Shown one piece after another: positions 40,791 to 54,687 of a DNA stretch of 64,000 nt. Position 1 is the first letter of the stretch. The number at the start of each line of letters is the position of its first letter. Origin of the DNA: Trichoplax adhaerens (lineage: Eukaryota; Animalia; Placozoa). The stretch is from positions 7,060,299 through 7,124,298 of the forward strand of contig NW_002060943.1 of assembly GCF_000150275.1 (NCBI RefSeq). Reading direction: 5' to 3'. Under the pieces are notes generated by a model. The model searched no databases and was not told the DNA's origin. It saw only the letters and a list, made by a program, of their open reading frames with translations. Both the position numbers and the translations under genes were made by a program.

Positions 40791-41259
40791 TGAAATAGGA
40801 TGAAAACTAATAGTACGAATTAATCCGAATAGCGCTAATAAATAATTGAGTTAAAAGATTGGACTAGTAGGCCTTAGGGCACTTTGCGAACGATTCAATT
40901 TTTCGACTCCACACAAGAAGAATTATATAATTAATGAATCATTGAAGAATGATCAACAAGATGGCCACAAGGTGTCATCAATCCACGTCTCTCAATCGAA
41001 AAGGTTGAATTACAGTCATACTACAACAAGGCAGGCTAGGATAACCATTTTTATTTATTAGTATTGCAATAAGATAGAGTAAAAAGTGCAAGACGGTCTA
41101 AAGCGTTGAGCAATGTATGTAATAATGATTAAAGGAATTTTTCTTCACCAATTCAATGGTAGCTCTCTCCGTCTGGCTCCTTTCTCGGTAGTGCCGATGT
41201 TTTTTTTGGCCTACAGATTGTCAAGGTCCACGTACCGGTAAAGATTGACAGTCGAAGTC

Positions 41260-41793
41260 CATGACAGTAGTAGTATGGACTCACAGTCAAATCCTGTTAA
41301 TAATCTTTACCCGGTAGGAGTACACAGTACTAGGTATTGTATGATACAGTACTATACTGTACATGGAGCGTACTGTACACTGTACAGTCACAGTTTTCCA
41401 TACTGTTCAACGCGTCTCAATAAAGCGCATACAGACTGTTGTTCATGTTTATCATGATTGAGTATTCATACAGTCGATGGCAATCAAGCGTCTATGGTAG
41501 CGTACAGTACAGTAAACCGACGAAGCCGAACAGAACAAGCTAACTACCTACCTTGCTGGTCATTTTACTCTACTGTATCACCGTTATCGTACGCTGTACT
41601 GTCTTGCACTCTCCAGTCTACAGTGTACAGTACTATGGACTGTAATCGAGATCGACTGAATTTTATGGTTGTATTGTACAGTGTACAGTGTACAGTACGC
41701 TGCACCCTGTCTTCAGTAGGCTCTCTAGTGTTGTTGGAGGCCTTTAGTAGTCCATGGTATGGTACAGGCGGAAAAGAGAAGAAAGTCACCTAG
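41260..41793. promoter_or_regulatory. Putative bidirectional promoter region dense in TACAGT/ACTGTA words
   Basis: Locally raised GC and many tacag(t)/(a)ctgta words between the divergent starts of FICD (-) and the SNX gene (+); candidate 5'UTR donor at 41794 and acceptor at 44043. Confidence 0.5.
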
Positions 41794-41845
41794 GTGATAT
41801 ACTTTGAATAAATAAATAAAATGGCAATATGGAAAATAATGTCAA

Positions 41846-44018
41846 TTTACTTCATCTTCCACTCATACCAATTTTTGTCTACATTACCATATGAAGCATT
41901 CAATGTTGATTCCAATGATATAAGAATGAATTCTGTAAGTTACTCAACCACAAAATGCTTCAAAATATTCTTGATGAAATGCAGTACCGTATCATGCTGC
42001 ATTTCGCAAAGTCAAAGTCTATTCCAAAATGACTGACGTAAAGTACGACTTGGGCATTCCTGCTTGATCAATTCATTAATTTGTGGTCATAAATGAAAAT
42101 ATCGACATGAAAGCTCATTGTAATCCAAATCGGATACTGCATTTATTTGTCTTGATAATAAAACTATTTGCTTGAAAGTTTATTGCAATCCAAATCAGCT
42201 ACTGTATCGGAGGACATCGAAATTAAACCTTCAATGCATAAAACTCTTTTTTTTTCAACGGGCGGATTCTATTCCAACTGCCGGCCGCCAGCATGTCACG
42301 GTGCTAGCTCATCGTTCCAAAATAGTCCATGCTTTGCGGCTATAATGATGTTGTAAGCCGAGGAGATTACATAACCAGATATAGATTGTAGACGGTACGA
42401 TTTAAATGGTGATGTGTTATAGGTCATTTATATCTATAGTTGGATTAGTAGTATTCTAAGAGGTGTGTTAAAGCTTGTAGATAAAATCTATTTAAACGAA
42501 TGGACAAATCAATAAAAGTTACTTCTTAGTTCCTAAGGTTAGAAGTATAACGGAAATCGATGGCGTACGAATTATTGCGAGATCGTACATTCGATCACAA
42601 CGTTATCTTGCCACACGGGAGTTTGTGACACAGCAATATTTTTTCTAATGGAAAAAATAAGAATTGTCATGTTGATGTGCGGTACCCCAATCTGATTGAA
42701 CTACAACACTTTGAACATTGAAGGAATGACCTAGGATAATCGAATGATGTCATTCCCCATGATTAATGCAATCCTTGAGACTGTAATACTACATCAGCAT
42801 TCCATAGGCAAGCAATAATAATTTGCATATTAGTCCAACGGAAATGGAGCATTCTCAATTTTTTCACAAAAATCTCCATCCTAAGCGTTCAGTTAGAGTT
42901 ACTGCCAAAATACTATTTTTGCAAAATAAGGACTACATCATCATACAGCCCTTGCTTGCCAATCCCATCAAGTTAACCTCCTTAATTAGCGTTTAGCTAG
43001 ATCGACTGCCAAAATACGATCATTGCAAAATAAGGACTCCATAATCCAACTGCTCTTTCCTGGCCTATCTCATCCAATTAGCCTTCTTTATTGACATTGA
43101 GCTACATTGACTGCCATAATACTGTCAGTAAAAAAGAAGGACTACATCGTCCAACCATTCTTGCTTTACTAAGATGGCTAACTACCGAAGCCATCTTGAT
43201 CTGTTATGTATGATAGACTGGTAATGTCTAGGAATTATTGCGTGATTGACCTAGTGTCGCACGAGAGAACACAACGGATCACCTATAATAGCAATGATTA
43301 AAAGGGAAAACTTGATGATATATTATCACTTATCGAGTGATTAAAATGATTAAAAGGATGAATGAATTATGATAAAGTCATTACGAAATGATGGCAGAAT
43401 CCATGACTACCATTCAATAACTAAGCCCCCAAAATTCAATTTGAATTCATCTGTTCTTTCTGCTAGGCGATGGCTGCCAATTGAGTCATAAAAGAAATGG
43501 TCAGTCGCCTAGTCGTACTATATAATAGTAATATAAAAGTAAACATATTTAAGGTGCTGTATCAACAATTCAAGCTGTTTCCTCTTCCATTTTGAATTCC
43601 ATTCAACTTGTTCAATCATGGCGTAGCTACTATAACTATTAATGAAACAGGTAGAAAAGGTAAAGCAATTAGAGTGGATTAGTTTGATTCATTCCATGCT
43701 GCTATTTTCATTTGTATAGCGGTTAGCATGGCAAGATTAAAGACAAGTAATTGAGCTATGAGTAAGCCACCAGCCACTCAGTATTATTGGCTCTATTTTC
43801 GTCCTAATAATAGAAGGCAAACAATCATCAAGTCAATAGGTAGAGTCTTAATCAAAACGCCACAATAGATGGCTTAGTATGCAATTCATTCTCGATGGAA
43901 TTGGGAAACTATGAACAACTAATTAATATTAATAAGTAATGCTTTTTTTCTCCCGTCATTACTCATAGTCCATACCTTCATCTACACCACGTAGGAAGTT
44001 GTTGAGAATACACATTTT
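41846..44018 (-). pseudogene. Probable decayed multi-exon gene, weakly MGAT5/GT18 glycosyltransferase-like
   Basis: Run of AG-bounded minus-strand segments with stops or frameshifts: YSQQLPTWCR*, IEQVEWNSKWKRKQLELL, FYDSIGSHRLAERTDEFKLNFGGLVIEW, D.LCSL, HQHDNSY, AKHGLFWNDELAP*. Resemblance judged from memory only. Confidence 0.3.
42883..43160. repeat. Tandem repeat, ~3 diverged copies, period 104-105 bp
   Basis: actgcca(a/t)aatac...aaggact(a/c)cat at 42901, 43005 and 43110. Confidence 0.88.
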
Positions 44019-44050
44019 CTAGTTTACAATTAAGGTTAACTAGAGCAGCA

Positions 44051-47000
44051 ATGTCTCAACCAACCCAGGTAAGATGGACTTTCCTCCAGCATTGAACTAT
44101 ATAATGCCGTAAAATTTATTTTTTTTCCTGTCAATGAGTAATAAATTTATTTTAAAGTTGTTACCTTTAAGATTTGGAAAATTGGATAGTAACTAGACGA
44201 TCATAGACTAAAAAAACGATAAAACGCAGTTGTGATTACCTCAATTTTTTTTCTTTCTTTCTCTATCGTCTCACTCTTTCTGAATATTGATTGAAATAAT
44301 TGCAGTTTAGATTATTATACGACTTTTATCCTGAAAGTCCTAGCGAATTGGAAGTCCTAGCCGGTACTATTGTGTCTCTTTATGAATCGGTAAGTCAATT
44401 AATCTAGACATTCCTTAATCAATTTATTCCATCGACTTTCTATCCTACAAATTGGTGGGATGGAAAATAATCCTACTGCTGATGTTATTACTCAGCAACC
44501 TTGACCAAACGGAAGTGAAACTTTCTTGTGCCTTTATATCTCTAAAACACTATCCCCTTAAATACTATACTATCATCATTACGTTCAAATAGAATGCGTA
44601 TAATCCTGAACAATAATTCATTCAACTTCCATAACCTGTTGGTTGATAGTCATACGCCCATATTTTAAATCCAAAAGAAAACTTTTCTTTCATTTCTTTG
44701 AGAAGAGCTTCTATTCCCATTTAATCGCTACCGTTGTTATTCTTGCCACCTATTTTTAGGCTTGATCGTAGTAATCTTGATTATCGAATTAAATAGCCAT
44801 ATGAACAGTTTACTGCATATTCATATATACGTATACCAGTACCGTGTATAATATATAAGATTGATATTCAATTTCTTATTCGATAGGAAGAGAAAGACGA
44901 GCTATGGACGTGTATTATCCGAGAAGATGGAAAAACTGGTTTTGTGCCAACGTCATATCTAGAAGTAAGCGAAATCATCGACTAACATTATTAGGCATTA
45001 CATCATCTCCTACTGACTATAAAACAGTAATCAACTTACGAATGATTCGTAAAATATCGAAAGTATTTCATTTGAAGTTCCAATGCCAGTTGATCCAGTT
45101 CTCATAACGCAATTTATCGACTTTTACAATTTTACACCGATCGCTCTTGGCGGTGAGAACGCCATTTTTTAGCGAACTACTGTAGTGATACTATCATTAT
45201 TTTAATAAACATCATTATCTACACTTTGTTAATTTATTTTAATGTCTATGAATTGTTATTTCATCGACATTACGTGATCAAGCATTGATAAAGAATTGTT
45301 GATCTTAGTACAAGCTTGTTCTCATTAATAGTACAGCGAATGCAGTACTGATATATTTTGGGCAGAATACGAACTAAAACAATTTTATATTAAATAAAGA
45401 ATCATCGATGGGTTCATTGATGGTTCTGTTTCGCATTGGCAAATTGCTTTACGGTCATAACATTATGCGTAACTACTGGGACAAAAAGACCAATATGTTG
45501 ATGTTATTACATTACAGTATAACCAGCAGATTGGATTCAAAATCATTTCTAGATATTGAGTAAATAAAAAATAGTAAATACTCTCCGATATCCTCTAAGC
45601 TATTCCCTAATTAGAAAATAGATAGTTTACTTTACAGTATTTTCGTCCATTTTTAAAATTACTTTGAACTGTTGAATGAGACTGCTTAATCTAATTTTAT
45701 GTTATCCAGTTTATCAACTATTTAACAGATAACCCTATCATCTGCAATCATTCCTTAGACTTCGATTTAGTTATCTTACGCGTATATATTTTTCAGCCTG
45801 CTAGCTAATCAAGAGAAATCTTTCATATTTAGAGATATATTGAAAGTCCACCTAAATAGTAATCACTTAATAAGCCTTAACGTACTATTGCACTTTTTAA
45901 TCATATTTTAACTTATCTTTTAAGCTATCGAGTACCACCACAGATATTGATTTATGAAGCTAATTAAAATAAATAAATACGGTACATATTCTTCTGACTC
46001 TTAATTGCCTAGTAGGTAACCTGGATCATCAAAGTAGTAATAATTTCCTTAGCTTGATATGAGCGTACCTATCGAACTATCAGCCAGTAAAACAGATAGT
46101 AAATCTAGTTAGTAATCTCTTTCAGGCTGTCTTAGTGATAAAATAACTAACTTCTTAATCTACTTCTACATTGTACAGTACATTATTGAAACTTGCAGTT
46201 ATTCCTTTTTATTTCATAAGGACATCCAATTAAATATTATAGCTTCCGATGATGATTGCCTAGTCGTTGAAGCTTCTGCATTGCACATTATTAAAATTGA
46301 TCATCATTCCTTTTTCTTTCATAAGGACACTAAATTAAATATTATACCCTCCGATGATGATTGCCTAGTCATTAAAGCTTCTGCACTGCACATTATTAAA
46401 ATGGATCATCATTCCCTCTTGTCTTGCAAGAATACTTATAGTAGTTAAATAAATATTCCCTTAGCCTATAATTTTTCTAATAAATTCAGTTTGCAGCTCG
46501 TATATTAATAGAACCTTTAGTACTTTTTCTTTAGTACCGCGTTCTAAAAAATATTTAATCAAAATTATAATGGCGACTTTCAGTATAACAAATTGAGATT
46601 TATCAGCTATCCTGAGCTTATGTCTCAACCTTTGACTGATACCAAATTTTGAATTCAATGTAACATTTTTTTTTTAGCCCTTTAACAATTCATCGTTTCC
46701 CGAACCCAACGAAAATACTACTGAAAATCCGGTAAGACATGGATTGATAATCTTTAACCTATAAAATGAATAATAATAACTCACACAGTCTAACGGGGCG
46801 AACTTAACATTTATTATTGCTATCTTACATTTAGAGAGTATACCTAATCAGTAATTAAATGGATATATAGAACTTGATGAACGCATTATGTAGTTTTTAC
46901 TACTCCAGTTGTGATTGAATGATATCGTCTAGTCAATAATTAATATGTAATAAATTAATATTAGAATTGATTCCATGTCAATTCCAGCAATATTTGGCAA

Positions 47001-50000
47001 TGTATAATAGATTATTGACTTCATTACCACACGTAATCATGACTAGATAATCAATTTGCATTAATACTATTATCCTACACGTCAAGAAACATAATATCAA
47101 CCTTAGGAATATTTAGAAATGTATTTCATGGATAAGTTCAGTGAACTATTTGTTGTTTTATGTTATCATACGTATTTTATTCAATGATAGTAATTATCAT
47201 CAGTTACATTAATTGTAGTCGTAAAAACTGATCATAGCTAATTATTAAGAATACTTTCTTCTTTAGCATCCTTATTCCGATGCAGATACCTCATCTGAAG
47301 ATGAACCAGATGGATTGAGTACTGTCACCAATAGACAGGAAACGGTTACGAATACAACTACCATTACAGGCTCAAAGACTGATGCAAGTCGTAACACTGT
47401 ATCCAAATCTCTGATAGCGTTAGTAAAACTTTATTAAAGTCTAGATTTAAATAGTAAACGTATAATATTGTTAGAAATAAATATTAATCTAACATTACCA
47501 TCTCTTATCACTTCTTTAATGGCGTTATAATTTTATTAGGGCAATTACTGCCCTAAAGAGCTTATACTTTTCTATTACAATCCTTATATGATTTTAATCA
47601 TTTTGTTGCATAGGAGATCACCATTTGCTATATTTGGTGCTGAGAGATTTCTACGTGGCGAAGAAAATAAGCTTGATATTCAAAAATTAATGGATTACGA
47701 AAAACATATTATAGTGGTTAGTTTAAATATAAACAATACAGTAAAAACATAATAGCTGCATGTATGGAATTATAATAGGATTGTAGTATGTATAAAACTG
47801 CTATTTCTACTTCCTTACATACTCTAAATTCACTTCTATTCTTAAATTCGATAATTCTGTAATCTTAGAAGATCCTAACGTATGTTTATTATTATTCATA
47901 TTATTCCTATATAGGTTAATAAGAATGGTTTAACCTGGAAGCCGGCCAAAAATGAATGTACTTATCGAATTGGAAGCACAGAAACAGATTCTAAATATGC
48001 TGGAGCAAAAACCTATACAACCTATAAAATCCATCCTATAGTAATGATCATCATGATATTTATTATTGCGATATCATTATCATCACTAATATCAACTTCC
48101 TTCTACCATTTGAAATACTTTCATTACTGATTGAAATAATAATATAGCATGGAGATGATGAAGCCATCAGAAGACGATATAAACAATTTGACTGGCTATA
48201 TGGTCGCTTGGTTGCTCGATTTCCTACAATTGCCATTCCTAAATTACCTGAAAAAAGGATTAGAGGTGCCACTAGCTTATAAAGAATGGAATAGATAATC
48301 TATTATAATGTAAAATAGTCAATACTTATATTCAACATCGAAATTAAGTGATAAGTATTTTAAATCAAAACTAATAAGTCGGAAACTAATATTTATCCAT
48401 GCTGTGCGTATCTAAGATATATTAGTGAGATCATAACTGGATTGTTAAAGGATAACATTTTCCTGTCACTTTCTGATACCCATTTTGATGCTTAATATTA
48501 AATCATAGGTCGATTTAGCGAAGATATTATCCAAATGAGAAAAGAATTGTTAGAAACCTGGTTAAATCGACTAGCTAGACATCCTATCATTAATGAAAGT
48601 CAAGTGTTTTCAGGGTTCTTGAAAAAGCAAGATCAAATAGTTCGTTTCGTACATACACTTGTGGATAAATTCTACTTTAGTTCAGATTAAATAATTTTCC
48701 AATACTAACAAGAAAAGTGCGTTTTTATGATTAATTAATAATTGACTTAAAATTTTCATTACAATATCATCTTATATTCACTTAATAGGAATGGAAAGAA
48801 TTTAAACGTAGAATGGAGAAAGATCCTGGAAATTATTCGGGTTTCTTTGCTCGAACAGAAATAAAAGATCTATTTAATAATAGCCTAAATTCAATGTAAT
48901 CACTTCGATTTTTAAATATTACTATCTAACAATATTGTGAAAATTAATCAACATTACATTAAAAAAATATTATAATTTGCTCAACCCAGTAATTTACCAT
49001 GCCTCATACAAATTCTATTAAAAATTTGTCTAATATTACAATAAATAATTTAAGAACGAAATTTCAACACTAGATGACGGTATATCAAGTAATATACGGT
49101 ATATTATTCAATTTCTGTTCATATTCCAGAAAGATACTGGTAAAAGAAAGAATTGCTAAGAAATATCTAGCTAGTTACAGCTATTCCATTCTTATTCATA
49201 CTAAACACTTGATACTGATCTAGGAACAAACTAAATAGAATATGTATATAATTGAGTTACAGCTCTAATTATACCATCTGCCTATATCTAACTGTTAACG
49301 CTAAATTACTTTTAGGCTAGGAAATGCTGCTAGTTGGGAAAAGCTAACCAAAAATTTACAAGAAAGCATATCTCACTTTAGAGAAGTTCTCCAGCATCAC
49401 TCTACAGACTTTGCCCGTTGTAAGTATTTGAAGCTCTTATTTATTCGCATCTATTGCTTATTAGATTTTGAGCTAAATTATTTAAGCACTGATTTAAGAT
49501 GTCGTTATTATTGAATTCTCAAGTGAGCTTGAAATTTTAACCAAAGTACTAACCTAATACACCATGATTCTGAAAATTTATCTATAACAGTTGATTTAAG
49601 AGTTTCATATTTTAATTACTGTACTTCTATTACTTGTAATTATTATTTAAACTACTTAAGCAAGATTGCTTATTAATTAGCCGCAATCGTAACCCTAGCC
49701 ATAATTTTAACTATCGATAATACTGATACACACGATGCAAACTTATTCTTTGACGTAGTATTGCATTTTATTTCAATAGGTTATCAAGATGAATATGTAG
49801 CTATGGGCAAGGCTATTGGCAACCTTTCATCCTGTTTTCAATCCGAAAACCATTGTAAGGCTCTTAGATTTAAAATAAAGGCGTTACTGATTTTACTTCC
49901 TCTTCACTGAGACACCCTTCCATAACCATAAGCTATGCCGCCTATTTACTATAGTCCATTCCTGTATTTGATTATAGATCCAGAAGAATTTAAATTTGCT

Positions 50001-51478
50001 GTTAAATCAGTAGGTGACATCTTTTCAGTAACCGGAAAAGAATTTCACAATAAGGTTAGTCAATAATTTATATTATTAGAATACATATTTGTCCCTTATT
50101 AGCGTTGGTTACATGTTTATTAAATATACTCGTTTATAGCAAGTACAAGATGCCGTGCCTCTTCGTAAAGGTTTAGATGAATATCTCAATCTCCTCTCGT
50201 CACATAAACAGCCACAGTCCATAACAAAGGTAAGAAATATATTATATGAATAATAGTATCCTATTAAAGACTTACTATTTAGAGAAAAATTTTGCGGACA
50301 TACCATGCATAGTTGACTTGTCGTACATGAATACCTTTATAACTATGGACACTCAGTGATCCATGTCGCAATTGCTGACTTATCATTACTATGCTGATAT
50401 TTCGCACTTTGCCACTAGGATACTTTAAAGAGATTAAAGGAAGCCAGAAAGGTAATTGCTTGTAGTAATCCAATTATTAGCACTAATATTGCCGGCAAAG
50501 CCTTCAATTTGAATATACGTGATATTAAATTTTCTTACCATCATACACTTTTTTTTGTATGTTATATTTTAGCATCAAAATGATTCTTACATCAGCGGTA
50601 AATGCGCCGTTGTATATGCTACTGTTGAAGGTACAGTATTATCTCATTTGAGTATTTGTACGTAATAATTATGCAACTATTAGGTGTTTAGTACTACATT
50701 GTGCTACGCAACATATATGGTACTAGACAAACGCATTTGATCATATGAAATTTTAAAATAGATCAATTTGCTTATAAAGTATGCAATAACTTGACCTGAT
50801 TATTTTACAACTTTTAATTCCTTATCTGCTTATGAACTTTACCATATTATCTTTCTTTAATGTATTTAGCTGAAATGAATCACTTTCAGCAAGAAAGTAT
50901 TCAAGATATAAGCGAATTAATGATGCGCTATCTACGTTTTCAAATTGCTTATCATAAAACGGTATGTGTCTATTTTCTGCTCAAAGTAGCAAAACGTTAT
51001 GGCATGTCATTCATTTTACTAATATATGTCGTAGAATTACAATATGATAAAGATACCGCAATTATCATTATTTTTATATTCTATGTATCGATAAGCAAAA
51101 ACATACTGTACGCGTACATATGCATATCTTATGTAGAAAATCTTGTGGAAGGGAACAATTACTGCATAATCAAACGACTTATATGATGAATTAAATTTAA
51201 TTTCCTGTACTGTATTTCTACAGGTCACTCGCAAATTTGAGCAATCTTTAGAATCATTTATGAGATTTAGTGGTAAAACAGTAATCGGCGAAAGTAAGGA
51301 TTCACCAACAATTGATACTCCTCCACAAGCAAGTACCAATTTTTCATCACATGAAAATAGATCTTCTCCAAAGCCTTCACCAAAATCCGTACCACCATCA
51401 GCAAACGTAACTGCATTATCGTCGTCGCCACCGCCACCACCACCACCGCCACCACCAGAACAGCCAGCATCATTTTAA
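44051..51478 (+). CDS. SNX9: SH3-PX-BAR sorting nexin (SNX9/18/33 family) with a proline-rich C-terminal extension
   Basis: SH3 from exons 44051-44068, 44306-44389 and 44887-44964 (LLYDFYPESPSELEV...LWTC...KTGFVPTSYLE); PX (RRYKQFDWLYGRLVARFPTIAIPKLPEK, 48148-48266; RLARHPII); WKEFKRRMEKD; BAR end AEMNHF (50870-50961). The symbol denotes the family. Confidence 0.92.
46181..46420. repeat. Intronic tandem repeat, ~2.3 copies, period 105 bp
   Basis: attcc...cataaggaca...ccgatgatgattgcctagtc...gcttctgca.tgcacattattaaaat anchored at 46201, 46306 and 46411. Confidence 0.93.
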
Positions 51479-53997
51479 CTCTGAAAAAGAGCAGGAATTA
51501 TTCTAAAACTGATATGTTACCATTTTTAATTCATCCATTTTCATCTAATACTTATAAAATTTTAATAAAATTTCTAAGCTAAGATTACCTTACATAAATG
51601 GATATAGCAATGGATATCACTATAACTGAAGTATGGTGTTTGCTTTTTAGACTTTAACTTATGTGCTTAAGTGGACCATGGCGTCAGTGTAGTAACTCCC
51701 CGAGTGAACGATAGTTTTTATCGTTTTTTCCAGATAGACTTTCATGCACCAAATTTAATTCATTAATCTGGGTACTTAGCCATATTTATCCACTTTGTAA
51801 TCATTAATAACTCTTACCGACACGTTACATTCTAAGTTGGCTTAAGCTAACGTATATCATATAATTAAAGTTCGCAACGTATGCAAACTGTAATAGTTAC
51901 CTATATTGGTATTTATTATAAACAATTTTAGACCGTAGAATATTCATTTGATTTGTTCTAATTTTAAAATTTTTTACTATCAATATATACTATTTTCATT
52001 TTAGTATGCCATTCATTGTTTCAAATCTTGATATCAGCTAAAAGTCAATGAAAGCTTTACATATTTTATAAGTTAAGTAGCAATTAAAAAAAATGAAATG
52101 AAATTAAAATGTCATTCATCCTTATTTTCTTAGCATTGCGTTCTTATTTTAGATCTTGTATCTAAATAACGTCAAATGTGTACACTTTTTCTTCTCTGTT
52201 TTGAATAAACACGTGTTAACTATTATGATTGTACAGTATAAGTTTTCTGTTCGCAAGATCGTTACTTTAATAAAAAATGAAATGACCTTGTAATAAATTT
52301 CTATTAAATTATAGTTTGACCTGAAAAGGGTTTAATGAAACAATTAGTAATAATAACTGTATGGTTCAAGCAATAGAACGTAATTATGAAACAGTTAATT
52401 TCAGCAGATAACAATCCATCTACGGTCTTGCAATGTTAGTGCATTGATGAGTATTCGTATAATCCACATACTGTACGTACAATGTTATCTTACATGTTTG
52501 GCTCTCCTTTTTAATACGATTATATTAAATACGGTATCTGATAGTGCTATCTATAAACCCTTTATATATATACTCGTACGTAATTATGTAAAGATAATTT
52601 TCGAAATCGATAGTATTATTTGCCTTATTTTCATGTTATTTCATATCAACCGACGACGAGATGCTATTCACGAATAATAATAAATAAAATTCTAAATTTT
52701 ACAACAAGCAACTACAAAATTAATTTGCAATATAGTCACATGAAAAGAATTAATTGAAATTATCCAACTTTATGAATATCAATAACTTTACTAAGAAGTT
52801 AACTGCTTCAAGTTAGCGTATAAGTTTATATACGATGCAGCATATGTATACTTCTTAAAATATTTGTGTCAGCAAATAAAATTTCATAATTTGTTACTAG
52901 CTGACGGTATCTCAGCCATTTCCGTTATTTTTCAATGATGAAAAAATTAAATGTGTACTGGCTTATACTGTACTATTTAACATTATAGCTTAATACCAAT
53001 TGCTGTTATTAATAGCTGAGATATTTCACGTATATACAAATTATACAGCATTTACATATCATAATTTATGATAGCATCTGCTAATCAAAAATCTTGATTT
53101 ATACAATAGGCATAGCAAATATAGTCTAGTAACAGATTGATTAAATTAAATTATTAGTATCTACCGTATACGTATGTCACACTACATAGCTTCGTTTTAT
53201 AGCTTATTCTTGAGATTAGAATTGCATGCCTAAGCTATGGATATTGCATATATAAGTTGAAGAATTACTACTCTACAAATCAAAGGCTAATTTAACAGCT
53301 ACAATTAGAATTAGTATCGTTCAAAGAGATTTAGGATTAAAATGTAGAATCAAAATACTTCTTTTGCCTGATATAATATTTCATAGTTAATGAGTAGCCT
53401 CATGAATAATTAGTCAGGAACCATGATAGTTTATACTGTCACCGTAATATTGTACTTAGATTTTGAAGATTAGGATTCGGTTAGAGTCAGGATTGATTGC
53501 CTTGTCTATGCAAGTGACTACGACTTGATAATCGAACAAGTTTAGATAATTTTACATCTTCTTATATGGTACTTTATTGTGAATAAAAATCAGATAAAAT
53601 GAAATAGTTACATATGTTCAGCGTACATTTTTACAAGGATAAATGCGTATCTTTATAATAAATTAATAACGCTCTATTTTTGGCTTTCTAATCTATTCAT
53701 ATATGAACGTATACATAATTTATTTTCGGATGATTAATGCATATGCATGTATATTGTTTTAATAAAATAATGATGTTAAATATATAAATGAATCGTATTA
53801 ACGACGTGATATATTCCGTTTTAGAAAATAAGATAACTTATAACATGACCGAATACACAAATGGTTTTACTGCATATAGAATATACGTGATTATTGTATG
53901 ATTGCTATACGCATCTACGTTAGATTAATAAATGAACGATAAAAGACTATAAACCAATTACTAACATAATAGCTTCTCTATTAGTAAATAGGGCAAC

Positions 53998-54687
53998 TTA
54001 TAACATGACTGAATGCATCACTGGCTTTACTCCTACCCAGCGTTTCTGAATATTGTGAAAATTAGTTTTTTGCACTAATTTCAAAGATTGCGCAAATTCG
54101 AAGTGAACAATAATAGGATTATCGCCAAACATCTTATGTTTTTCTCCACCCTCAGTGACCTCCATAACCGGTCCAAATTGCTCAAAATACTTCTTAACAA
54201 CATCATGGCTGATTCCATGAGCACCAGAAACAGCAATACGATTAAAAGCAGTCTTAGCATCTTTATCACGTTTGGGTACTGTATATAAGCTAAGTGATCT
54301 TTTCGCAATTCGATGCTTGGATTCAGCGGCTAGAAATTTCTTAGCAGCTTTAGTTTCATGAAATTGTACAGTAACAGCAATACGCCTTCTACCTGTAATA
54401 TTATCAATGGTTAATTTCCTTCTACTCATACTGGCAACATCGCCGTACTGGCGGAAATAGGTGATTAAATCAGCTTCAGTTGAATCATTAGATAAACCCG
54501 AGACTAAAATAGTACGGCCATCATCATCATCATCTTTCATTTCTTCTACATGACTCCATCGACGTAAATGCGGATCATATTCTTCAGCATAGGTCTGAGG
54601 GCGATCATGTTGATTCCCTTCATCGCTTTCTTCATCGCTTACCGAAGGTAATCGACTATTTATTCGGATTTTTTTGCGTTCTTGTTT
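53998..54687 (-). CDS. Intronless tandem-RRM reading frame (hnRNP A1/Musashi-type, degenerate RNP motifs), probably the true end of the adhesion GPCR
   Basis: RRM1 TILVSGL..STEADLITYFRQYGDV and RRM2 VKKYFEQFGPV...FHNIQKRWVGVK. The frame is stop-free from 54687, 147 nt upstream of the first ATG (54540), and overlaps the end of the 737-aa ORF in the -1 frame. Confidence 0.8.
   Translation of the reverse strand, partial: KQERKKIRINSRLPSVSDEESDEGNQHDRPQTYAEEYDPHLRRWSHVEEMKDDDDDGRTILVSGLSNDSTEADLITYFRQYGDVASMSRRKLTIDNITGRRRIAVTVQFHETKAAKKFLAAESKHRIAKRSLSLYTVPKRDKDAKTAFNRIAVSGAHGISHDVVKKYFEQFGPVMEVTEGGEKHKMFGDNPIIVHFEFAQSLKLVQKTNFHNIQKRWVGVKPVMHSVML

Noticed and set aside
41245-41793. ORFs of 70-111 aa on both strands
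   Set aside because: Y/S/T/V/C-rich translations are a by-product of the TACAGT word cluster.
41821-42036. Plus-strand signal-peptide-like ORF with a gtaagt donor at 41935
   Set aside because: No stop-free in-phase downstream exon found, and it overlaps the minus-strand relic.
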